64,000 nt of DNA from Phaeosaccion multiseriatum (lineage: Eukaryota > Protista > Ochrophyta, other classes): contig OZ218956.1 of NCBI GenBank assembly GCA_965112735.1, positions 930,001-994,000 on the forward strand. The letters run 5' to 3'. A program made the position numbers and the translations under genes. The notes under the pieces are model-generated. The model did no database searches and was not told where the DNA came from. It worked only from the letters and a program-made list of their open reading frames with translations. This document shows, piece by piece, positions 24,241 through 33,538 of this stretch (the stretch's first letter is position 1; each line of letters opens with the position of its first letter).

Positions 24241-25642
24241 TTTCAGTTTCTTAGGTGACTCCTATAAGTTTTGGGACGGAAGGTCATGGTCAAGAGGGGG
24301 GGGGGATTCGTGCACACACTCTAGTAGAACTCCCCAGTGGTAGCCCACCTGGAGAAGAAAGGTTAGAGACGAAATTCGGCCGGCCTAGGGGGGCCGCAGG
24401 CCCCCGGCCTAGGCCTATTTTGGGCGCAGCCCTCCCGGCCTAGGACCCTGGACAGTATTACGGTGTGCGCCGGCCGTAACCGGTAATCAGCCCCCGGCCG
24501 GCGCAAAATCAGTAATCAGGCCGGCTGGTCACCTGCTGTAAGCAACCAGACCGGCCGGCTGGCGCCGGTCATAATCAGTAATCAGGCCGGCTGCTCCCTC
24601 CCTCCCTCCCTCCCTCCCTCCCTCCCTCTCTCCCTCCTTCCCTCCCTCCTTCCCTCCCTCCCTCCCTCCCTCTCTCCCTCCCTCCCTCCCTCCCTCCCTC
24701 CCTCCCTCCCTCCTTCCCTCCCTCCCTCCCTCCCTCCCTTCGACCCTGGACAAGATTACGGTGTGCGCCGGCCGTAATCAGTAATCAGCCCCCGACAGGC
24801 GCATAATCAGTACTCAGGCCGGCTGGCGCCGGTCATAATCAGTACTCAGGCCGGCTGCGCCGGCGGTAGCTAATTACTAATCAGATAGGTCGAGGCCTAG
24901 GCCTAGAACCGCCGGCCTAGGGAGAAAAAATGGCCGGCCTAGAGCGGCCAACGGCCGCCGGCCTAGGCCTAGAGCGGGCGTAGGCCGCTCGGCCTAGGGC
25001 CTAGAGCATAGGCTTCTAGGCCAGTCTGGAGCCGACACCTTCTTGGGCGGCCGGCTTGTCCCTCCTACAAGTTGTCGGCCCCGTGCACGCCTAGCGGCCT
25101 AGGCCTATTTTGGAAAATTGCCCGGCCTAGCGAGGGCCGTAGGCCCTCGGCCTATTTATAGGCCGCCTAGGCGGCGGCCTAGGCGGGGGCCGGAGGCCCG
25201 CGGCCTAGGGCAGACGCCAACTAGGCGCAGGTCCAGGGCGGGAATATGCTCATATGCCCCTGGGCTGGCCCGGAACCCTCGAGAATCCGCCCAAGTGTCG
25301 TCAGTTTTAAGCAAATGTATTGCATGGGATAAGTGAGGAGTAGACTTGGTTCGTGTTGTCTCTTTCCGCCTCGCTGGCCCTACGAGGAGTGCAGGCCTAC
25401 AGGTGTGCTGCTACCCACTGGCTGGGCGGCACCACGCACGCGCCCACGGTCACTGGGAGGCTGCCTAGAGGCGGGCTATAGGCCGCCAAGGGCTGAAAAG
25501 TGAGCGGCCTATTTCGGCCGGAGGCCGCCGGCCTAGGCCTATTTCGGCCGAAGGCCGAGCGGCCTAGCGGCCTATAGCCTAGGCCGCTAGGCGTGCACGG
25601 GGCCGAAAGTTGTAAGGCATGCACTTTCAGTTTCTTAGGTGA
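24241..25642. repeat. GC-rich non-coding repeat island (probable nested non-autonomous transposon remnants)
   Basis: 18-bp direct repeats at 24241-24258 and 25625-25642; dense GGCCTAGG/GGCCGG and TAATCAG units; internal duplication ~24444-24528 vs ~24742-24826; 30-bp inverted repeat at 25075-25104/25577-25606. Confidence 0.75.
24595..24738. repeat. (CCCT)n tetranucleotide microsatellite
   Basis: ~140 bp of ccct units with a few variants. Confidence 0.95.
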
Positions 25643-25699
25643 TTCCAGTAATAAGTTAATGAAAGGAGGAGGAGGAGGAGGAGGATATTTCTTTCGATC

Positions 25700-26317
25700 A
25701 TGTTTGCCTTCTTGGGAAAAGGAGCCTTCTGCGCGACCCTCTTGGTCACACTATGTAGCGTCTTCTCTTTTAGTGGCATTGTGGCGGATGCATTTTTGCT
25801 GGGGGGAGGATTAACAGCGCGCGTCGCAAAACCGGCTTGTTCATACCCCCTGTCTTACAGCGCAAACGGACAACAAACACAACGCATTGGTAGCCCTTGC
25901 AGGACCCAGAGCTCATGCGTACGGGAATCAGCTTCACATGGGGGAGTCCCCCAGACGAGGCTGTTCATGACCGCAGGAGAAAGCGCAGGAGATAAATACG
26001 CAGAGGCAACCATTACAGTCAAGGGACAATCCAAAGGCGGGTACTTTAGGGCGCATGCTCGAAACGAGGCGCTCTACAATCGCGGCTTGACCGGCGCACT
26101 GAAGGAGGTTGACAGCGAGACGACGGAGATTGTGGTAGAAGGCAGGACGAAGGCCATTGACGCATTTGTGCGCTGGTGTAAGAGGGGGCCAGGCTTGACG
26201 CAAAGAATAGACGATGTAAGCATCAACTGGAGTGAGTACACGGGGATATTCGAGGGTTTCACCGTGTTCCCGGCCACCGAGGAGGAGCGGGGGGATAAAG
26301 TCGCTGGCATGCCTTGA
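25700..26317 (+). CDS. Plastid-targeted acylphosphatase-like protein
   Basis: Signal peptide ...ADA-F; TVKGQSKGGYFR...GLTG...EIVVEG...FVRWCKRGP acylphosphatase pattern. Confidence 0.75.
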   Translation: MFAFLGKGAFCATLLVTLCSVFSFSGIVADAFLLGGGLTARVAKPACSYPLSYSANGQQTQRIGSPCRTQSSCVRESASHGGVPQTRLFMTAGESAGDKYAEATITVKGQSKGGYFRAHARNEALYNRGLTGALKEVDSETTEIVVEGRTKAIDAFVRWCKRGPGLTQRIDDVSINWSEYTGIFEGFTVFPATEEERGDKVAGMP

Positions 26318-26527
26318 AACCTTGAGACCTGAGAGCGGCGCAGCTCCGTGAGAGGGCGCAGTAGAGCGTGCGACCCTCCTATTTTAAAAGGGAAGGGCTG
26401 ATTCTGCCTTCCCTCCTCAATCTAAGTACTTTAAAAAGAAAATCTGGCTGAATTGATGATCCGCGGCCGAAGAATAATGCTGTCTCTACTCTTATCATTT
26501 TTTTATAAGTGGGTGTTGCGGCGATCC

Positions 26528-27950
26528 TCACGCCGATGGACACGGAGCTGCCCCCTCTTTGTCGTCCCCTTCCTCCTCTTCCTCCACAGGCCCATTGACC
26601 AAGTCCCAACCTTTATCTATGCCGGGGTCCCACGGGATATGCTTCCCTACAAAGTCCGGAAGGACATCGCTAGATGTGCGCTTCCAGAACATGCAGCACG
26701 TGCTCGAGATACTCACCACGATGAGCAGCGCGAGAGAAATGACCATGAGTGAGTGCGCGTTGATCTTGGCCACCAGGTGATCCTCCATCACAGGCGCGCA
26801 CCCCTTTGTGGAATCGCCAACCTCAACTTCCAAGCAGTCCCCTACGGGATATTCGTATTTGCAGCCCCCCATCTCTACAAAGATTGTGCTCGAGGAGATG
26901 ATTTGATTGCAAAACGGAGTTTCCGCATACCAGTCGTCCTCCGTGCCACACTCTGTGCGTATGCTCGTGCCCCACGAAACTTTGCGGGTACTGGCGTAGT
27001 TGGGAGGACCCCTTTCGTCCTCCTTTGGCGGCCCGATGCATTGACGGGAGGAGATACAGGCAATCATTGGGGTGAGAATTTTTTGGGGGGCCCTTTAGTT
27101 GGACAAGTGTTTCCGACGGACTCACCTCACAACGCAGAGGGGGGCCATATCCGCAGCAAGAGCCATCCTCTTCTAACCCGATCAGCCGGGAATAGTACTT
27201 GGTGTCGTCGTAGACCAGGGCGTTATAGCTGCGCCAGGCGAGTCCAATGCTCGAGTAGCGATCACTGCGGAGGTACTCCAGGCATTCGGCTGCGCACCCA
27301 TCGAGTGTGGAGGGAGATGGGCGGGCAATAAAATGAGGTGGAATACGTTGCGTGCGTCAAAGAACGCACGAAGAAACCACTTGACACACCTTCGGTATAC
27401 GTTTCCGGTACGCTACGCACGCAATCCTGCTTCAAGTCCACGCTGAAGGTGGATTGCGTTCGACCCCAGAGGTTGGTTCCTAGGATGAAGAGCATTGTCA
27501 TCAGTAGCAAGTCGCTAGCAAGAGCCACGGCCAGTATCATCTTGTTGTGGCGTCGGTGCCCCAGCACTCCCAGCGATGCCGATCCCCAGTTCCATAAGCT
27601 CGCGATGAAGATGAACGCCCCAACAGCCGTAATGCCACGTCCGAAAGCCTGTGCCAGGTGTATATTGTTGGCGATCATCAAACCAGCTACGAAGACGTAG
27701 ACGGACCCTATGGCGCGAAGGCAAAACAGGGCCACACTCGCCAAGCTTAGATTTTGCTTGACACACATTCTCCTCTCTTTTCCTGCTGTTCTTCCTTTGC
27801 GCTTGAAGGCGTTACATTTTCGGGACTTGACTCAGGATGAGCACGCGTGCACATGGACCAGCTGTGTATGACTGGCTGTATATGCTGTCCACATACAGGC
27901 AGACAACGCAAAATGCGGTCGATATCGACCCACCCCTCTCCTCAACCGCC
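26528..27950 (-). CDS. Tetraspanin-like multi-pass membrane protein with Cys-rich loop; 5' end uncertain
   Basis: Three hydrophobic helices at 27450-27760, a Cys-rich loop, then a final TM (LMVISLALLIVVSISSTCC) and short tail. Confidence 0.45.
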
Positions 27951-28015
27951 CAGTCGCCAAGTCCGAATTACCAACTTTTAGGGGGAGATAATTTTTTTTT
28001 TTCCATCTGCATCTT

Positions 28016-31000
28016 ATGCAGCAGCAACCGCCCTTCGTGCAATGTAGTAGTGCGTGCCTCCTCCAGGTAAAGCGTGTAATGTGTTGTGTCCTTTGGGGGT
28101 GAGTTTGTTGCCTCTTGACGTCTTCTTTTGGCACATTTGCGCACAGGACGAGGATGACCCCCTCAATGTAGACACACTGAGCACTGGCCTTCCCACGGGA
28201 ATGCTGGTGTCTCCCTTTGCGCCTCTCCACCCGCCGGCCCCGCAGCTGCAAAGGACCCCCGTCCTTTGCGTGGGATGTGGGGCATACCCGAACCCGTTCA
28301 ACTCCGTATTTTCTCGCACTGGAGAGTGGCGCTGCGCCTTTTGCTCCCACGCCAACACCTGTTACAGGCAAGTTCTGGTGGGGGAAGCGTTTGCTGGCTT
28401 GTTCGTGAAGGAGGTGAGAATGTTAATGAATTCATTTATCTCCTCCCTCTTGGAAAAAACCACACAGTGAGGAACTGATCGACAGAGGACTCCACGGAGC
28501 TTTCGGGAGTGGCAGCGGGAGGCTGGCCGATGAGACACCTAGGAGCAATTACCCTGAGCTGTGCAGTCCCGTTGTGGACTACGTTGATCGCTCACTTGGC
28601 ACGATGCTGGGGGGCGGGCATTCGGCAAGTGGTCAGCCCCCAAACCACCATGCCCCTTTCCCCCCGAGGTTCGAAGTAAATAGGAGCACCAGCGGGGGGG
28701 ACCTGTCCTTGACCGGAGGAAGCCCCCCAAAGTATCTCTTCTTAGTGGATGGGAATATGGCCGCGGTCGATTTAGAGGCCTTGGCCGAGGCAGTGGAGGG
28801 CACCTTGAAACAGCTAGAGCCTCACGCCTTGGTTGGCCTTGTGGTCTTCACAGGCGTGGTGAGCGTATATCACTTGGGCAGGCTGGGTGTGGCTGTGGCC
28901 GACGTTTTACCAGGGCTAAGGGTCGCCCCGCCATCAGAGACTTTGCAAGTACTGCAGGGGAGGATGGACACGTTTGTTAGAGTGGCAGAAGGAGGGAGCC
29001 GTCTCTGTCAGGTGCTGAAGAATGTGCGTGGCGTGGGCGAGAAGGGGGCACCGACGACGCCCCAAGGCGGATCGGGAAGACCCCACCGGCGGCGAAGCCT
29101 CCTCAGACCGCACCGCAGAAAAAGGTGCTTGGGTGCTGCAGTAAGCTACGCTCTGCGTCTCTTGTCCACCGAAAGTGGCGGCGTGGCGTCGGGGACAAGC
29201 AGCAGGCTAGTAATGTTCATTGGAGGAGGGGGCAATTACGGAGCGGGCGCATGCATACCCCTGATTCCGTGTCCTGTGGCCCCGGCGTCGCAAGAAACCT
29301 CCGCTGCAGAGCTCTTCTTCCGAGGGCTGGCGCAAGAGGCGATGCAGCAGGTCCGTGTTGTCCCCTTGAGAAGAGCTGTCTGTGTTTGGGTTGGACATTT
29401 CCACGAAAGTCCCTTATACCTCCCTCCCCCCCCTTCCCCCCTCCCATCCTAAATGATGCTGTGTTTCAAGGGCATTGGCGTGGATGTTTTCAGCACAGGA
29501 AGCGACGTGCCCTCTGTGATATGCCTACAAGCCCTCGTACAGTCTACGGGCGGTAATGTGGTGGTGAGCAACGGGCAATTCGGTTCAGAGTTGCAAGCCA
29601 ACTTGGTTAAGGCCTTGATGCTGCAACACATGACCTTCATCCACAAAGGGAAAGGGCGCGGTACCATCGGCGGCGGTAGCGGTACGGTCGGTACGTCATT
29701 CTCCATTCGGGGAGCAGGAAGGGCCTGCTTACTGTGTGAAACCTCCCATCCCTAACTTTGCTTCTTCCGCCACCGGCTCCCCCCCCTTGTCATGATGGAA
29801 AAGTGTGTGGGGCGCTTCTGGACGTGCGTACCACGAGCAACGTCCGCCTCAGCCATGTCGTTGGGCACGCCTGTCTGACAGAGGAACACGATGACGTGGA
29901 CCAAGTGGCCTACAACGCATCCATAGCGGCAGCTAAGCTCGCCAGGGGCGAAGCGAGGAAGGATGGGGGTGATGGCTCTGGGGCGAGCAGAAAGGATTTA
30001 GAAAGTGTCCCGCTGAGCAAGCATTCACAGCACCTCAGCCGGATGCGCCTCGGACGAGTCGACCCTCAGAGCAGCCTTGCTTTTTTCTTATCAGGGGCGA
30101 ATGGGGAGGGAAAAGGGGATGAGCAGCAGCAGCAGCAGCAGGAGGAGGAGGAGGAGGAGGGGGAGGAGGAGGGGCAACGCCGCTTCCCAGAAGCTCTGGT
30201 CCAGGTGGTGGTGCGGTGGACGAAGCGTAGCGGGCAGTGCACCACGAGAGTCACGACGCAGCGCCTACCTCTCGTTGAAGACGTGGCTGAGTTTTACGCC
30301 AGCGTAGATGCCGACGTGTCTGCCGTCCTCGTGGGCAAACAGGCGGTTCTGAACACGGACGCAGCGCAGGCCAGGCAGGGTGTGGACCAAGTCTGGCGCT
30401 CTATTTGCCAATTCTATCGAGAAGAACTCATGTACAACGAGAGCCTAAGAGAGGGCGGCAGTTCTTTTCCTGGGGCAGCACCTGATGAAGATTTGTGTTT
30501 ACCGTCGGTGGTGCGGAGCTTGCCTTTCCGTCTCTTCGTTTTACGGCACGGGCCTCTGCTGGGGCAACGAGGGGCGGGCGTGGACGGGCAGCTTGTGCTC
30601 CGAAACCACTTCTTGCGAGCAGGTGAGACCAGGAGCACCTTGTTTGTCCATGCTCTGCCCGGAAAGCGCCTCCTCTCTGAGACCTCGTTGCTTTCACGTC
30701 TCCCCCATTGTCTTTCACAGGGTTAGAGACGGGTCTTCAGATGTTGTGCGATCGCATGGTATCCTTTCGACTCCAGAAGAAGAGCCAAGCCTCAGACCCC
30801 AACGTCAGCCAAAGTCCTGCAGAAGTCGTCGAGGAGGAGGTGCCTCTGGCCACCATGTGCTTGCTGCCGGACCGTGTGCTGCTGTTGGACGGGGGCGATA
30901 GAATCTTCGTGTGGAAGGGGCGAGACGTAGTGCGCGATGCGCGGCGCCAGCATTCTGACGCTCTAGCTCTCATCCACCACGCCATGGCCAAAGCAGAGTC

Positions 31001-31238
31001 CAGAACAGAAGGCCGGTACCCGCATTCCCCAATCCTGCAGCTGGACGATGGGTCGTCTGACGCGCGGTATCTCACTAGCCGACTGTCACCAAGTCACAAA
31101 GACAGCCCCGAAGAGCAGGTCAGGGCATACCCCTCCCTGGCCACCTTGCCCCCGCAAATGATCCAGGCGTTGCGTGCACAGTTGCCCCTGACGGACGACA
31201 TGAGCTTCAGGGAGTGGCTCTGGCATGTCATCAAGTGA
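28016..31238 (+). CDS. Divergent Sec23/Sec24-family COPII coat protein, multi-exon
   Basis: Zn finger CVGCGAYPNPF...WRCAFCSHAN; trunk YLFLVD...VGLVVF, RCLGAAV; VQVVVRW...RVTT; gelsolin-like VLLLDGGDRIFVWKG, GRYPHSP and SDARYLTSRLSPSHKD. Confidence 0.85.
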
Positions 31239-31265
31239 CTGACTGCTGTGACTGCCTGCTGCATG

Positions 31266-32950
31266 TCATGGGTACTTGGTGTAGAGCGGCTCAGTCCAGC
31301 CTTGGCGTCTTTGCAATATGGTGAAGGAATTCTGGAAGAGTTTGTGGGGCTCCAGGAAGCTCAATTCTTTGTACTCACCCCAGGCAAAGCCACTCTCTTT
31401 CTTCGTGGGGGAGTCTGCTGCCGTTTCTCCCGTCTTTTCTTGCGATTGCAAGGTCGCTGTCATCCCCCGCAGCCACTGGCGCGTCACGCTATTGGTTAGA
31501 GTTGAGTGCACCGCCACGAATCCCCCTTTTGGGTTCACTCTGTTCCAGTAGGACTCCATGAAGCCCCCCAGCTCTTCCCCCGCACCAAAGTCGACCCACA
31601 GCAAATCAATCAGCGGCCCGTCTTCCATGGTTTCGTGGAATTTGAAGGCGTCACACACCTTCAGCCTCAGGTGCTCTTCCAAGCCAAGGGCCTCTGCTGC
31701 TTCAAGCACCTTGCGAGGAAGGAGTGGAGGGAGTCGTCAACACGAGCGGAAACCCGCCACTCCTATAACCCCTCTCGGCAACAAACCTTGTGGGCGGTCG
31801 TGTATCGGTGGTTCATGTTATCCACGCACAGGAGCAGGCCAGGCTGTACCTGTTTGGTGTGCATCAGGCCAGAGTGGCGAGAGTCAAAACGTGGCCATAG
31901 GAGGGGGGAAACCGCAAGGCACTGGCCGCGCACCTCTTTCTCTAGGAAGGACGGGAGGCACCAGGGCTGGGTGCCGCCATTGCTCTGCACATGACACTCC
32001 CCCAGAGCATTGAGCATGCGATAATTTTGCAGCTCTACATAGTTGTCCTTCAGCGCCTGAAGGACAAAAAGGGTTGTATATCCGGCCCCAACCTTTCAAG
32101 GGCAAACACAGATTAAATGCGCGGGCCCGCAATGGGGTTTACTTACAAACCATCACCCACCTCCATGACAACTTGAGGCTTCACAAAACGCACGAGAGCG
32201 TAAAGCATTGGCCCCATATTCTCCGTGCCCATGTGCATGTCGTAGGTCGAGGCTGTTGCTTTGAGGAAGGCCTCATCGAACACGCCGCCTGCTGCTCCGC
32301 GGGGTCTGCTCAGCAGGAGCTTTGCTGCCGCGGGGGCAGAGTGCTTGCCCGCCATTTGCTCAACTTCCCTCTGTTTGTAACCGAGAGACGTTCATTTGTT
32401 AAACTCAGCTTCAAGGGTTAGGGTGTTGAGTGCTATGTATATATACGGACAGTGTTGGACACGCCACGCTACGCCACGCCACGCAATCTCAACAAAAGCG
32501 AGCACCGAGCGAGGAGACTTGGGGCTCCCTCTATACGTACCAGGGCTCTCTCGAAGGCAAGCCTCTGACCCATGCTGCGAAGGCCAAAAGTCTCCTTCAG
32601 CTCACGCACCGAGTCCAGAGCCTCGAGAAGCAAGGGGCCGGTCAGACCGGTAGTCCCATCTTCCTTCGAAGCGCCGTCCTCAGTGCTGGGGGCATACTTG
32701 ACTCCGATCTTCTCCGGGCACAGTGTGCTCAGCCACTATAGGACACGTGTGGAGGAAACGGGGAGTAGTGATGAGAGAGATAGAGAGAAAAGAGGGGATT
32801 GTGGGCAGGGGAGGGACGACTCACGCTCAAACACTCAGGATGCTCCCACTCTCCCAAAGGCAAGCGTGAGAAGTGCTTCCTCTGCTCCTCCTCCGGAAAT
32901 TCCTCAATCCCCAAAACCTCCCCCTCCATAAGGTCGAAGAGGTCATCCAT
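31266..32950 (-). CDS. Class I SAM-dependent methyltransferase (Methyltransf_24-like) with N-terminal sterile-alpha-motif-like segment, multi-exon
   Basis: MGTENMGPMLYALVRFVKPQVVMEVG|AGYTT, LLCVDN, IDLLWVDFG and GGFVAVHST; upstream exons EW...WLSTL...TGPLLLE...LKETFGLRSMGQRLAFERAL. Confidence 0.75.
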
Positions 32951-33011
32951 TTCCCTCCCTTCCTTGTAATGAAGGGGGGTAGCCCTCGAGGAATTGTTAC
33001 ATGTACTTTTA

Positions 33012-33419
33012 CTGTGATTTCGCGGTTGAGTGGCACTTTTTACGCCCAATTACGCCCCATTAATTTTTTTTTACGCCAAATGACGACTTTTTTTACGACG
33101 TTTGACGACGTTTGACGACGCTTTAGCCCCCTATTTGACGCCCTTTGACGCCCTTTGACGCACTTTGACGCCCATTTATCTTAATTCGCCTTAATTTCGT
33201 CTAAAAAAAATCACGGAAAAAAAAATCACGGAAAAGGGCGTAAAAGGGCGTAAAAGGGCGTCAAAGGGCGTCAAAAGGCGTCAAAGGGCGTCAAATAGGG
33301 GGCTAAAGCGTTGTCAAACGTCGTCAAACGTCGTAAAAAAAGTCGTCATTTGGCGTAAAAAAAAATTAATGGGGCGTAATTGGGCGTAAAAAGTGCCACT
33401 CAACCGCGAAAAATCACAG
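33012..33419. mobile_element. Fold-back MITE (Tc1/mariner-like non-autonomous element) with ~160-bp terminal inverted repeats and TA flanks
   Basis: Left end CTGTGATTTCGCGGTTGAGTGGCAC... is the reverse complement of right end ...GTGCCACTCAACCGCGAAAAATCACAG; TA at 33010-33011 and 33420-33421; 10-bp subrepeats TTTGACGCCC. Confidence 0.85.
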
Positions 33420-33538
33420 TATGGGGTTTTTTTACAAAAAAAATGACTGTCGGAAACCTCAGTTTTTTTTTGTATGACCTTTTAATTATGATATTATGAT
33501 GATTATTACATTCGGGGCGTTGTCCACCCACACCCACT

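Noticed and set aside
24529-24753. REGG-repeat ORF
   Set aside because: Translation of the (CCCT)n microsatellite
33060-33400. CRISPR-like short repeats
   Set aside because: 10-bp units without unique spacers, arranged as inverted arms, in a eukaryotic context
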